Source of the DNA: Alistipes sp.
GTDB lineage: Bacteria; Bacteroidota; Bacteroidia; Bacteroidales; Rikenellaceae
Assembly (NCBI GenBank): GCA_036652255.1
Contig: JAVVWE010000003.1
Span: 70,725 to 134,724, forward strand
DNA length: 64,000 bases
Direction of reading: 5' to 3'
A program made the position numbers and the translations under genes. Below, in pieces: positions 47,841 to 58,700 of this stretch (positions are counted from its first letter, which is position 1; each line of letters begins with the position of its first letter). The notes under the pieces are model-generated. The model did not search any database. It saw only the letters and a program-made list of their open reading frames with translations, and was not told where the DNA came from.

Positions 47841-50276
47841 ATGAGTAAAAGAGATAAAGTGGAAACTATTGAAATTGACGATTTGAACGCGTTGCCCGAA
47901 CTCTTGGACGGCAAACATCAGATTATACCGATTATCACGGGAGGGGATGAGCCGGTGCCGGAGGTCGAAATACCAGAGATAATTCCCATTTTGACCCTGC
48001 GAAGCTCCGTGTTGTTCCCCGGAGCGATTACCCCCATTACGGTCGGACGGGATAAGAGCATCAGTTTGGTGCGTGCGGTCAATGCCGAAGGAGGCATCTT
48101 GGGAGCCGTACTTCAAAAGGAGAGCGACGTGGAGGATCCCGCGCCAGACGATATGTACAAAGTGGGTACGGCAGCGCGCATTATCAAGATTTTGGAGATG
48201 CCTAATGGTAACTTGACGGTGATTCTCAATGGGTTGGAGAAAATTGAAATCACGGAGTATGTCTCCGTTGATCCCTATTTCAAGGCACGCGTGACTGCCT
48301 TGCGCGACGCGACGCCCGACATGAAGAGCATTGAATTTGAGGCTTTGGTGGATTCGGTGCGCGATGTAGCACTCAACATCATCAATGTGTCGCCCAATAT
48401 GCCTAAGGAGGCGGCATTTGCCATCAAAAATATCGACTCCAAGCGGGGCATCATCAACTTCATCTGCTCAAATTTGGAGCTCTCGGATGAGGATCGTCAA
48501 CTCTTGTTGGAGGCTCCCGGTCTGTTGGCACGTGCTCGCAAATTGTTGGAAATTTTGATTCGTGAGCAGCAGCTTGCTGAACTAAAAAATCAAATTCAGG
48601 AGCGGGTGAAACTGGAGATTGACAAGCAGCAGCGCGACTATTATTTGCAACAGCAGATGCGCACCATTCAAGACGAATTGGGTGAGGGTGGCGATGCCGA
48701 CATCGAAAAGATGCGTGAGCAGGCAAAGACGAAAAACTGGTCTAAAGAGGTTGGCGAGACCTTCGAGAAGGAGCTGGTGAAGCTCGAACGACTGAATCCT
48801 GCTGTGGCAGAATACTCGGTGCAAATCACCTATCTGCAACTGATGTTGGAGCTGCCATGGGGCGAAACGACCAAGGATAATCTCGATTTGACGGCTGCTC
48901 GCGAGCGGCTCGATCATGATCATTTTGGTTTGGATGAGGTGAAAGATCGACTAATGGAGCATCTGGCGGTCATCAAATTAAAAGGTGATTTGAAATCGCC
49001 TATTCTTTGCCTCTATGGCCCTCCGGGAGTGGGTAAAACCTCGCTCGGCAAGTCGGTAGCAGCCGCTTTGGGTCGTAAATTCGGACGTATATCATTGGGT
49101 GGTCTGCACGACGAATCGGAGATTCGCGGACACCGCCGTACCTATATTGGAGCCATGCCGGGACGTATCATTCAGACCATCAAACGGTGCGGTTCGTCGA
49201 ATCCCGTGATTATTCTTGACGAGGTGGACAAAGTGACGGCAAGCAACTACGGCGATCCGTCGAGTGCTCTTTTAGAGGTACTCGACCCCGAACAAAATAC
49301 AACCTTTCACGACAACTACCTCGACATGGAATACGACCTGTCGAAGGTGTTGTTCATTGCTACGGCAAACAACGTGGGCAATATTTCGCCTGCTCTGCGC
49401 GATCGTATGGAGATGATTAACATACCGGGCTATCTGATTGAGGAGAAGGTACGTATCGCTACCGATCACCTTGTTGCCAAGCAGCGCGAGGCGCACGGCA
49501 TCAAGGAGCAGGAACTCACGCTGGCACCCGAAGTGGTGGAGCGTATCATTGAGGGTTACACGCGGGAGTCGGGTGTGCGTTCGCTCGACAAGCATTTAGC
49601 AAAAATTGCCCGTGCGCGAGCTAAACAGATTGCTTTCGATGAGGCTTTTGCCCCAGAAGTGACAGCAAAAGATACGGAGAAAATTCTGGGTATGCCCAAA
49701 TTCCTTAAGGAGGAGTACGAGGTGGCAGATATGGTGGGTGTTGTGACGGGCTTGGCATGGACTGAAGTCGGTGGTGATATCCTCTACATTGAGTCGGTGC
49801 TGACCCCCGGAAAGGGTAAGATTAGCCTGACAGGTAACTTGGGCGATGTGATGAAGGAGTCGGCAACCATTGCCCATGAGTGGGTGATGGCGCACCACAA
49901 AGAGCTGGGCATCGATCCTGTGATGTTCGAGCAGAACGATATTAATATTCATGTGCCGGAGGGGGCTATTCCGAAAGATGGACCCTCGGCAGGTGTGACG
50001 ATGGTCACCTCGATTGTCTCGACTTACACGGGTCGCAAGGTGCGTGAGCGCATTGCCATGACAGGTGAGACCACGTTGCGGGGGCGCGTAATGCCCGTGG
50101 GGGGTGTGCGTGAGAAGATCCTTGCCGCCAAACGTGCCGGCATCACGCAGCTCATCCTCTCGGAGGAGAACCGCAAGGATATTACCGAGATTAAACCCGA
50201 ATACATTGATGGACTGACCTTCCACTACGTGCGTACGAATATGGATGTGCTGGGGTTGGCTCTCGAACAAAAATAG
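47841..50276 (+). CDS. lon: Lon protease
   Basis: GPPGVGKTS, DEVDK, HVPEGAIPKDGPSAG, PVGGVREK. Confidence 0.98.
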   Translation: MSKRDKVETIEIDDLNALPELLDGKHQIIPIITGGDEPVPEVEIPEIIPILTLRSSVLFPGAITPITVGRDKSISLVRAVNAEGGILGAVLQKESDVEDPAPDDMYKVGTAARIIKILEMPNGNLTVILNGLEKIEITEYVSVDPYFKARVTALRDATPDMKSIEFEALVDSVRDVALNIINVSPNMPKEAAFAIKNIDSKRGIINFICSNLELSDEDRQLLLEAPGLLARARKLLEILIREQQLAELKNQIQERVKLEIDKQQRDYYLQQQMRTIQDELGEGGDADIEKMREQAKTKNWSKEVGETFEKELVKLERLNPAVAEYSVQITYLQLMLELPWGETTKDNLDLTAARERLDHDHFGLDEVKDRLMEHLAVIKLKGDLKSPILCLYGPPGVGKTSLGKSVAAALGRKFGRISLGGLHDESEIRGHRRTYIGAMPGRIIQTIKRCGSSNPVIILDEVDKVTASNYGDPSSALLEVLDPEQNTTFHDNYLDMEYDLSKVLFIATANNVGNISPALRDRMEMINIPGYLIEEKVRIATDHLVAKQREAHGIKEQELTLAPEVVERIIEGYTRESGVRSLDKHLAKIARARAKQIAFDEAFAPEVTAKDTEKILGMPKFLKEEYEVADMVGVVTGLAWTEVGGDILYIESVLTPGKGKISLTGNLGDVMKESATIAHEWVMAHHKELGIDPVMFEQNDINIHVPEGAIPKDGPSAGVTMVTSIVSTYTGRKVRERIAMTGETTLRGRVMPVGGVREKILAAKRAGITQLILSEENRKDITEIKPEYIDGLTFHYVRTNMDVLGLALEQK

Positions 50277-50285
50277 AGACAAGCA

Positions 50286-51044
50286 ATGAAATTTATAGCA
50301 ATCATCCCTGCTCGCTACGCTTCGACGCGTTTTCCGGCTAAGCCGTTGGCTCTGTTGGGCGGTAAACCTGTGATTCAGCGTGTTTACGAGCAGGTGGCTG
50401 GGGTGTTAGATGATGCGGTAGTTGCCACTGACGATCAACGTATCTACGATGCTGTGTTGGCATTTGGTGGCAAGGCAGAGATGACTTCAACCGTTCATAA
50501 AAGTGGTACGGATCGCTGTTGGGAGGCCTATTGTAAGCAGGGTAAGGAGTACGATGTAGTGGTTAATGTGCAGGGCGATGAGCCCTTCATCCACCGCTCG
50601 CAACTGGAGGCAATTTGCCACTGTTTCGACAATCCGACCACTGATATTGCTACCCTTGTCAAACCGTTCACCGAGGCGGATGGATTGGCAGCACTTGAAA
50701 ATCCAAATTCGCCCAAAGTGGTGGTCGATGCTCAATCGTGCGCCTTGTATTTCTCGCGCTCGGTGGTGCCTTATTTGCGCGGTGTGCCGCGTGAGGAGTG
50801 GCTCGCATCGCACATCTTTTATAAACATATAGGAATGTACGCCTTCCGTACCGAGGTCTTGCATCGGGTCACTTCGCTGCCGCAATCGCCCCTCGAACGG
50901 GCTGAATCGTTGGAACAGCTGCGGTGGATTGAGAACGGATACCGCATTGGTGTGGGTATTTCGGATAGGGAGACCATTGGTATCGACACGCCCGAAGATT
51001 TGGCACGTGCGGAGGAATTTCTGAATTCTAAATTTAAAAAATAA
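50286..51044 (+). CDS. kdsB: CMP-Kdo synthetase
   Basis: IPARYASTRFPAKPL, SGTDR, NVQGDEP, LEQLRW. Confidence 0.97.
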   Translation: MKFIAIIPARYASTRFPAKPLALLGGKPVIQRVYEQVAGVLDDAVVATDDQRIYDAVLAFGGKAEMTSTVHKSGTDRCWEAYCKQGKEYDVVVNVQGDEPFIHRSQLEAICHCFDNPTTDIATLVKPFTEADGLAALENPNSPKVVVDAQSCALYFSRSVVPYLRGVPREEWLASHIFYKHIGMYAFRTEVLHRVTSLPQSPLERAESLEQLRWIENGYRIGVGISDRETIGIDTPEDLARAEEFLNSKFKK

Positions 51045-51048
51045 AAAT

Positions 51049-51795
51049 ATGGTGTTTATCGCAGGACCTTGTGTCATCGAGTCGGCAGAGTTGCTCGACA
51101 CGATTGCAGCCAAATTGGCGGATATAAATGCACGCTTGGGGGTGGATATTCTCTTCAAGGCATCGTTCGACAAGGCAAATCGCACCTCCATCTCATCTTT
51201 TCGCGGTCCGGGTATCGATCGCGGCTTGCAGATGTTAGCAGATGTGCGTTCGAAATGGGGTTTGCGTCTGCTGACCGACATTCACGAATCGTGGCAGGCG
51301 GCTCCTGTGGGGGAGGTGGTCGATGTGATTCAGATTCCTGCATTCCTCTGCCGTCAAACCGATTTGTTGATTGCTGCGGCGAAGACGGGTCGCACGGTGA
51401 ATATCAAAAAAGCACAGTTCCTCTCAGGTGTGGATATGCAATATCCCTGCGAGAAGGCACGCGAAGCGGGTGCACAGGATATTTGGCTCACAGAGCGAGG
51501 TAACATCTACGGATACAATAACTTAGTGGTTGATTTCCGTAATATTCCCGATATGCTGAAGCTGGTTCCAACGGTGGTGATGGACTGCACTCACTCGGTA
51601 CAACGTCCGGGAGCTGCGGGGGGTACAACGGGCGGCAATCGCGAATTTGTGCCCGCCATGGCACTCGCCGCGAAGGCTTTTGGTGCCAACGGGTTTTTCT
51701 TTGAAGTGCATCCCGATCCCGACCACGCACGGAGCGATGGTCCGAATATGCTCTACCTTGACGATTTGGAACAGGTGATAAAATCTCTTTTATAA
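51049..51795 (+). CDS. kdsA: Kdo-8-phosphate synthase
   Basis: AGPCVIES, KASFDKANRTS, PAFLCRQTD, KKAQF, DCTHSVQ. Confidence 0.97.
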   Translation: MVFIAGPCVIESAELLDTIAAKLADINARLGVDILFKASFDKANRTSISSFRGPGIDRGLQMLADVRSKWGLRLLTDIHESWQAAPVGEVVDVIQIPAFLCRQTDLLIAAAKTGRTVNIKKAQFLSGVDMQYPCEKAREAGAQDIWLTERGNIYGYNNLVVDFRNIPDMLKLVPTVVMDCTHSVQRPGAAGGTTGGNREFVPAMALAAKAFGANGFFFEVHPDPDHARSDGPNMLYLDDLEQVIKSLL

Positions 51796-51796
51796 G

Positions 51797-52762
51797 ATGA
51801 CTGATACGACAAAAGCCCAGATACTGGAGGTGGCACGCCGAGCCGTGCATACTGAAATGCTGGCACTCAAAGATTTGGAAGCATCACTGGGCGACCAGTT
51901 TGCCGGAGCTGTGGAGATTATTCTCGCCGGGCAGGGCAAAACAATCATCACCGGCATGGGTAAGTCGGGCTTGGTAGGACGCAAGATTGCTGCTACGCTT
52001 GCCTCGACTGGTACGCCGAGCTTTTTTTTACATCCCGGAGAGGCATTTCATGGCGATTTGGGTATGATTTCGAAAGAGGATGTGGTAGTGGCACTCTCGT
52101 TTTCGGGTGAGACGGACGAAATTCTGAAAATCGTCCCTTTCATCCATGCCAATGGCAATAAGCTTATCTCGATGACGGGTAATTCGGAGTCGGCACTGGC
52201 TAAAAATTCGGATATTCACCTCAATGTGGCGGTCAAGGAGGAGGCGTGTATCTTGCACCTTGCGCCCACCACCTCGACCACGGCGCAAATTGCCATGGGT
52301 GACGCTTTGGCGGTCTCTCTGATGCAGATGCGCGGCTTCACGAGCATTGATTTTGCTCGTTTGCATCCGGGCGGAAGCCTCGGTCGTCGCTTACTGATGA
52401 CCGTTGAGAATGTCATGCGCAAGGAGAATTTACCTGTTGTGGCACCCGACTGTTCGGCTACGGAGATGATTCACACCATCAGTAAGGGTGGCTTGGGTCT
52501 GATTATTATCTGTGATGGCGATCGAATTGAAGGCATCGTGACCGATGGCGATATCCGTCGTGCGATGGAGCGTCGGCAGGCTGAATTTTTCAACATCACA
52601 GCAGCTGATATTGCTACGCGCAACCCCAAGACGATTCATGCCGACCAGAAGTTGATTGTGGCGGAGAAGGAGATGACCAATAGTAAGGTAACTTCATTGT
52701 TGGTGACCGATGAGACGGAAAAATTGATAGGCGTAATTCAAATTTACGATATAAAATTATAG
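51797..52762 (+). CDS. kdsD: Arabinose-5-phosphate isomerase (KpsF/GutQ, SIS+CBS)
   Basis: GMGKSG, HGDLG, PTTSTT, HPGGSLG, TDGDIRR. Confidence 0.95.
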   Translation: MTDTTKAQILEVARRAVHTEMLALKDLEASLGDQFAGAVEIILAGQGKTIITGMGKSGLVGRKIAATLASTGTPSFFLHPGEAFHGDLGMISKEDVVVALSFSGETDEILKIVPFIHANGNKLISMTGNSESALAKNSDIHLNVAVKEEACILHLAPTTSTTAQIAMGDALAVSLMQMRGFTSIDFARLHPGGSLGRRLLMTVENVMRKENLPVVAPDCSATEMIHTISKGGLGLIIICDGDRIEGIVTDGDIRRAMERRQAEFFNITAADIATRNPKTIHADQKLIVAEKEMTNSKVTSLLVTDETEKLIGVIQIYDIKL

Positions 52763-52806
52763 ATACGGTGTGGTTGTTGCAATTTGCGAAGTAAACATCG
52801 TTGATT

Positions 52807-53073
52807 ATGACAACTTCTAAAGTATCCGACCGGCTCACCTCGCAGGAGCGAGATGCGTTGAAAGAGAGCGATTTCGGGATTCCTGAGATGCGCGAATATC
52901 CCTTGACCGATGCTCAGCATCTGCGCTCGGCAGAAGCTTATTTTCGTTTTGCGCCCGATGATCGCAAACACTTGTTGGCGCAGCGCATTGTGACGCGTGC
53001 CGCTGAGTTGGGCATTCGGGTGCATAGTCCGCATGTGCTTGCTTGGGCGCAGGGGCACAAGCCACATCCATAG
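52807..53073 (+). CDS. Small hypothetical protein (DUF6582-like)
   Basis: LTSQERDALKESDFGIPEMREYPLTDAQH resembles the recalled DUF6582 motif; start at 52801 or 52807. Confidence 0.65.
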   Translation: MTTSKVSDRLTSQERDALKESDFGIPEMREYPLTDAQHLRSAEAYFRFAPDDRKHLLAQRIVTRAAELGIRVHSPHVLAWAQGHKPHP

Positions 53074-53146
53074 TTTATTTTATCTTCTTTCTCGCGCGGT
53101 ATGTCGTGGGGTTTTGCCGATACAAAAGGTACGTGAACAAAAACTT

Positions 53147-53182
53147 TTCCCTCATGTTCTTTCTTGAAAGAACATGAGGGAA
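53147..53182. terminator. Bidirectional terminator
   Basis: 16-bp stem ttccctcatgttcttt-cttg-aaagaacatgagggaa between convergent genes. Confidence 0.85.
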
Positions 53183-53191
53183 GTTTGTCTA

Positions 53192-53392
53192 TCAATCCTC
53201 CTCGTCGAGTAGAAATAGACTCTCGACGCTCTTGCCGAATAGGCGCGCAATCTTGAGCGCGAGCAACGTGGATGGGATGAAACGACCTGTCTCGATGGCG
53301 TTGATGGTCTGGCGACTTACGCCAATGTGATCCGCTAACTGCTGCTGGGTCATGCGCGTTTCGGCACGTTCGATGTGCAGTCTATTCTTCAT
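53192..53392 (-). CDS. XRE/HTH_3 transcriptional regulator
   Basis: MKNRL...TQQQLA..IGVSRQTINAIETG. Confidence 0.93.
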   Translation of the reverse strand: MKNRLHIERAETRMTQQQLADHIGVSRQTINAIETGRFIPSTLLALKIARLFGKSVESLFLLDEED

Positions 53393-53801
53393 CGCGCACC
53401 TCCTTTCTCAATAGCCACAACTTGAAACGGAAGAGGATGAAAAAGAGCAATGGCGTGGTGAATAGGTTGTAAAGCATGATGTTGAGGAAGTCGATGTCGT
53501 AGACTGTGAGGGCGGCAACAATCAAGAGACCGTAGTTGACATAGAGGGCAATAAGCAGCGAATCGAGTCGTAGTTTGGCAATCAACTCATCTTCGATCTT
53601 CTCGCGCGAGCAACTGACGAAAATTGTCCCCAAGCAGAAGCCGATGAGGGCAATGTTGTTTACCATGCGACTCATTGTTTCTGATAAATTTGGCACCGAC
53701 ACGTCATACATTATAATGATGATGCCCAAAATGGTAGTTGGAACTAAAATAACCCAGCCGATTTTCTTAAAACCGTAGGGCAATAAAAAATTGTTTTTCA
53801 T
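53382..53801 (-). CDS. Small multi-TM membrane protein paired with XRE regulator
   Basis: SREKIEDELIAKLRL motif, four TM segments, 11-nt overlap with HTH gene. Confidence 0.8.
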   Translation of the reverse strand: MKNNFLLPYGFKKIGWVILVPTTILGIIIIMYDVSVPNLSETMSRMVNNIALIGFCLGTIFVSCSREKIEDELIAKLRLDSLLIALYVNYGLLIVAALTVYDIDFLNIMLYNLFTTPLLFFILFRFKLWLLRKEVRDEE

Positions 53802-53865
53802 AAGGCAGTGTTTTTTTTGAGTTTTGCAAGTCGATGGACGTGCGCATTCATCCTGCTTGCTATTG

Positions 53866-53908
53866 CAAATGTAATGTATGTTTTACATATATGCAAGTAA
53901 ACTTGACA
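53866..53908. promoter_or_regulatory. Promoter and putative XRE operator pair
   Basis: -7 box TACATTTG (53866-53873, minus) overlapped by ATGTAA-N8-TTACAT (53869-53888); second dyad TGCAAG-TAAA-CTTGACA (53892-53908). Confidence 0.65.
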
Positions 53909-54018
53909 ATATTTGTGTCGAACGAGTGAAAAATAGTAGGAAATAGGACAATCGTTTGATGGTCAAAAGAAAAAATCGTATCTTTGTAAATGGTCTGTGA
54001 CCGAATAATTGAAAAGAA

Positions 54019-54447
54019 ATGGACAAGATACAAGATGAAATCATCGACGAGTTTGCCATGTTCGATGAGTGGCTCGATAAATACGAATACTTAATCAGCC
54101 TGAGCGAGACACTGCCCACGATTGCTCCCGATCATCGCATGGGGCAATATCTGATTCAAGGGTGTCAATCCCGTGTGTGGGTCGATGCTCGATTGGAGGA
54201 AGGGCGCATTTTTTACACTGCTGATAGCGACGCTATCATCACGAAAGGTATTGTAGCACTGTTGATTAGGGTGCTCAATGGTCGAACTCCGCGTGAGGTA
54301 CTTGATACGGAGCTCTACTTTATTGATGTGATTGGATTGAGTGCCAACCTGTCGCAGACGCGCGCGAATGGATTAGCTGCCATGGTAAAACAGATGCGAC
54401 TTTACGCCCTTGCATTCGAAAGTAAACTGGAAGCTGAAAGAAAATAG
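54019..54447 (+). CDS. sufE: SufE family Fe-S assembly protein
   Basis: WLDKYEYLI, IQGCQSRVW, ADSDAIITKG, SQTRANGL. Confidence 0.95.
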   Translation: MDKIQDEIIDEFAMFDEWLDKYEYLISLSETLPTIAPDHRMGQYLIQGCQSRVWVDARLEEGRIFYTADSDAIITKGIVALLIRVLNGRTPREVLDTELYFIDVIGLSANLSQTRANGLAAMVKQMRLYALAFESKLEAERK

Positions 54448-54454
54448 ACCAAGC

Positions 54455-54775
54455 ATGACACCCGAAGAGATTTTGCGGGTCGAAAAGGATATCGTCCTGA
54501 CCCTGAAAAACATATATGATCCAGAAATTCCGGTCAACATCTACGATTTGGGATTGATTTACGAAATAGATTTTGCTCCTGACGGCGTGGCGACCATTCG
54601 CATGACCCTCACTGCCCCCAACTGTCCGATGGCTGATATGCTGGTTGAGGATGTGAATATGGAAGTGGCGAAAGTTGACGGCGTGCAGGAGGTTAATGTT
54701 GTCCTCACGTTCGATCCCATCTGGGATAAGAGCATGATGTCCGAAGAGGCGTTGCTGGAGCTGAACCTGTTATAA
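54455..54775 (+). CDS. DUF59/SufT-like Fe-S assembly factor
   Basis: DPEIPVNIYDLGLIY, MTLTAPNCP, TFDPIWD; start ATG 54455. Confidence 0.93.
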   Translation: MTPEEILRVEKDIVLTLKNIYDPEIPVNIYDLGLIYEIDFAPDGVATIRMTLTAPNCPMADMLVEDVNMEVAKVDGVQEVNVVLTFDPIWDKSMMSEEALLELNLL

Positions 54776-54777
54776 GC

Positions 54778-55731
54778 ATGGCGACCGAAGGCGAAGCGCG
54801 GATGCTTAACCGTTTGTTGGCGGGTGCTGATCGCTATGATTGCGGCAATTATTTGTTGGAGCTGCCGAACTTGAATCGCAGTGAGATTTTACTCGATTTG
54901 GCGTATGATCGTCTGCGACGCAAATTCAATGCGGTGCACGACCTCTTCATGGAAGCGGATGAAAATTGGAACCAGACCTTCTATTTGATGTTTTTTCGCA
55001 CTTTGGGCGACAAGCGCAATCAAACTGCCTACCTGACCCTTGCTCGCCGCGTGAGCTATGCTATGGTGCTGCGCGAACGTGCTTCGTTGCACAATGTGGA
55101 GGCGTTGATGTTTGGTTGTTCGGGGCTACTGGAACTTTATGAACACGATATTTATACGCTTGACTTGCAGCGTGATTTCGAATACCTTGCCGCTAAGTAC
55201 GACATCGAACCGATGGATGCTGCGGAGTGGGATTTGACGCGCATTCAACCTGCGAATCACCCGGTGTTGCGACTGGCGCAGGCAGCTGCGTTTATGGTTT
55301 GCCACGAATTTGTGATGGATCGTGTGCTCAATTGTCGCGCTACGGATGATGTGGCGAACCTTTTTCGGGTAGAGGCATCGACCTATTGGTCGACCCATTA
55401 TTTGCCCGCCTCCACTTCGTCTGATATCCCGAAGCGAATAGGTGCTTTCAAATCGAATATGTTGGGTATCAACTTGGTAGCCATCATGCAATATGCCTAT
55501 GGAAGTTATATTGCCAGTGATGTGCTACGCGATCGCGCGGTGACGCTGCTGGAGCGGCTCGAAGCCGAGGATAATATTTACATCCGTCATTGGCAGGCGC
55601 AGGGACTTATGTCTCGCAATGCCTTCGAATCGCAGGCGTTACTTCAATTGGCGACCGAATATTGCATCGAAAAACGTTGCGAGGAGTGCCCCGTGGGGCG
55701 ACGCAGAATAAAATGTGCGACAGAAGATTGA
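54778..55731 (+). CDS. DUF2851 family protein (short form)
   Basis: RIQPANHPVLRLAQ, YWSTHY, INLV, SQALLQL..YC...C..C. Confidence 0.85.
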   Translation: MATEGEARMLNRLLAGADRYDCGNYLLELPNLNRSEILLDLAYDRLRRKFNAVHDLFMEADENWNQTFYLMFFRTLGDKRNQTAYLTLARRVSYAMVLRERASLHNVEALMFGCSGLLELYEHDIYTLDLQRDFEYLAAKYDIEPMDAAEWDLTRIQPANHPVLRLAQAAAFMVCHEFVMDRVLNCRATDDVANLFRVEASTYWSTHYLPASTSSDIPKRIGAFKSNMLGINLVAIMQYAYGSYIASDVLRDRAVTLLERLEAEDNIYIRHWQAQGLMSRNAFESQALLQLATEYCIEKRCEECPVGRRRIKCATED

Positions 55732-55749
55732 TTTATTGCAAAAAATACC

Positions 55750-55757
55750 TATTTTTG
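55750..55757 (+). promoter_or_regulatory. -7 box for secA
   Basis: TATTTTTG, 40 nt before ATG. Confidence 0.7.
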
Positions 55758-55797
55758 TAAGATTTAAAATAAAGAATTAAATAGATTTCATACCTAT

Positions 55798-58700
55798 ATG
55801 GATATAGCAACAGGTTTAATTAAGTTGTTCTTTGGTTCGAAAAACGACAAAGACCGCAAAGAGATTCAGCCCTATCTCGACAAGATAAAGGCTGTCTACC
55901 CGACTATCGAAAAGCTTTCGAACGACGAACTACGTGCCCACAGTGACGATTTGAAGAGGCAAATTGCTGACTTTATCGCTAGTGATGAGGCGCGCATCGT
56001 TGAACTGAAGGCAACGCTGGAACTCGACACAACGTCGCTTGCTGAAAAGGAGAAAATCTCGAAAGAGGTGGATAATACCATCAAGCGTATTGATGATAAA
56101 ATCGAGGAAAAACTCGATCAAATTTTGCCTGAAGCTTTTGCTATTATGAAAGATACGGCGCGCCGTTTCGCTCAAGGCGACACGGTCGTGGTTACAGCAA
56201 CTGACTTTGATCGTGACTTGGCGGCAACGAAAGATTTTGTGACTATCGACGGTGATAAGGCAATTTATGCTACCCATTGGCTTGCGGGCGGTAATGACGT
56301 GAAGTGGGATATGGTGCACTACGATATGCAGCTTTTTGGCGGCGTGGTGTTGCACAAAGGACGCATTTCCGAGATGGCTACGGGTGAGGGTAAAACCCTT
56401 GTGGCAACACTTCCTGTGTTCCTCAATGCGCTGGCAAAGAAGGGCGTACACTTGGTGACAGTCAATGACTACCTCGCACGTCGTGACTCGGAGTGGATGG
56501 GACCAATGTATGAATTTCATGGACTTTCGGTGGATTGTATCGACCGTCATCAACCCAACTCGGAGCAGCGTCGCAAGGCGTATATGGCTGATATTACGTT
56601 CGGTACGAACAACGAATACGGTTTTGACTACCTGCGTGATAATATGGCATCGTCGCCCAAAGATTTGGTGCAACGCAAGCACCACTACGCTATTGTCGAT
56701 GAGGTCGACTCGGTGTTGATTGATGATGCGCGTACGCCGTTGATTATTTCGGGTCCTGTGCCCAAAGGGGATGATCAATTTTTCGAGCAGTATCGTCCCT
56801 CGATTGAAAATCTCTACAATTTGCAGAAAAACTTGGTCACCGGACTTCTCTCTGAGGCACGTCAGCTGCTTGCGGAGGGCAAGAACGACGAAGGTGGCGT
56901 GAAATTGTACCGCGCACACAAGGGTCTGCCGAAATATAAGCCGCTGATTAAGTTCCTTTCCGAGACGGGTAACAAGGCGCAGTTGCAGAAGACTGAGAAT
57001 ACATATATGTCTGATAATAACCGTCGTATGCCGGAAATTGTCGATGATTTGTATTTCGTAATCGACGAGAAACTAAACTCGGTGGAGCTCACCGATAAGG
57101 GACACGAGGTGTTGTCGAAATATTTTAATGAGGACGGATTCTTTGTGATGCCCGATATTGGCAGCGAGGTTGCTGATCTCGAAAAAGGAACCCTTTCACT
57201 CGAGGAAAAAGCTAAAAAACGCGACGAAGTAATCAGCGATTACTCCATCAAATCGGAGCGTGTACACACCGTGATTCAGTTGTTGAAAGCCTATGCGATG
57301 TTCGAAAAAGACATCGAATATGTGGTGATGGACAACAAAGTGAAGATTGTCGATGAGCAAACCGGTCGTATTTTGGACGGTCGTCGCTACTCCGATGGTC
57401 TGCACCAAGCTATTGAGGCTAAGGAACATGTGAAGGTGGAGGCTGCAACGCAGACCTTCGCTACGGTCACCTTACAGAACTATTTCCGTATGTACCACAA
57501 ACTTTCGGGTATGACCGGTACGGCGGAGACCGAGGCATCGGAGTTCTGGAGCATCTATAAATTGGATGTGGTTGTGATTCCGACCAACCGTTCGATTATT
57601 CGTGATGATCGTCAGGATTTGATTTATAAGACCAAGCGCGAGAAATATAACGCCGTGATTGACGAGATTGTGAAGCTTGTTGAGAAGGGGCGACCCGTGT
57701 TGGTTGGTACAACATCAGTCGAGATTTCTGAGCTGTTGAGTCGTATGCTTAATCTGCGTGGATTGAAACATAACGTGCTGAATGCCAAGCAACACCAGTT
57801 GGAGGCTCAAGTGGTTGCCGAAGCTGGACGTTCGGGGCAGGTGACCATCGCTACGAATATGGCAGGTCGTGGTACCGATATTAAATTAACACCTGAGGTG
57901 AAGACTGCGGGAGGTCTTGCAATCATCGGTACGGAGCGTCACGAGAGCCGTCGTGTCGATCGCCAGTTGCGCGGTCGTGCGGGTCGTCAGGGTGACCCCG
58001 GATCATCGCAATTCTTTGTCTCTCTGGAGGATGACTTGATGCGTCTGTTCGGATCGGGGCGTATTGCTGCCATGATGGATCGTATGGGACTCAAGGAGGG
58101 CGAGGTGATTCAGGCCGGTATGATGACCAAGGCGATTGAGCGCGCACAGAAAAAGGTCGAGGAGAATAACTTTGGCATTCGTAAACGGTTGTTGGAGTAC
58201 GATGATGTGATGAACTCGCAACGAGAGGTGATTTACACCCGTCGTCGTCATGCCCTTTATGGTGAGCGGATTGAGATTGATTTGAACAATATCATGTACG
58301 ACTATGCCGACAATTTTGTGGAGGTGAATCGTTCGTTGGATTTCGAGGAGTTTCGTGTGGAACTGATTCGCGAAGTGGCAACGGAGCCCACATTCGACGA
58401 GGCAACTTATGCCGATGCGAAGAATGAGGAGTTAGTTGAGTTGATAGTCAAGGATATGAAAGAGGTGTATGCGCGTCGCTCGAAGGCGACTGCCGACACT
58501 GTGCGTCCGATTATGGAGCGTATTTATGAGGATCGAAAGGAGCAAATGGATTCAAATATTTATTTCCCGCTTACGAATGGTCACTTGGGCTACAACGTAC
58601 CCGTGAATTTGCAGCGTTGCAAGGATTCAGATGGAGTTGAAATTTATAAAGTATTCTCTAAAGTGGTGATGTTCACAACCATTGATGATGCGTGGCGTGA

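Noticed and set aside
47841-52762. lon co-transcribed with kdsBAD as a functional proteolysis-LPS link
   Set aside because: Adjacency alone in a compact genome is insufficient; nothing in the sequence supports more.
52807-53801. Prophage or mobile-element remnant
   Set aside because: No integrase, transposase, att-like repeat or structural gene; only isolated accessory genes.
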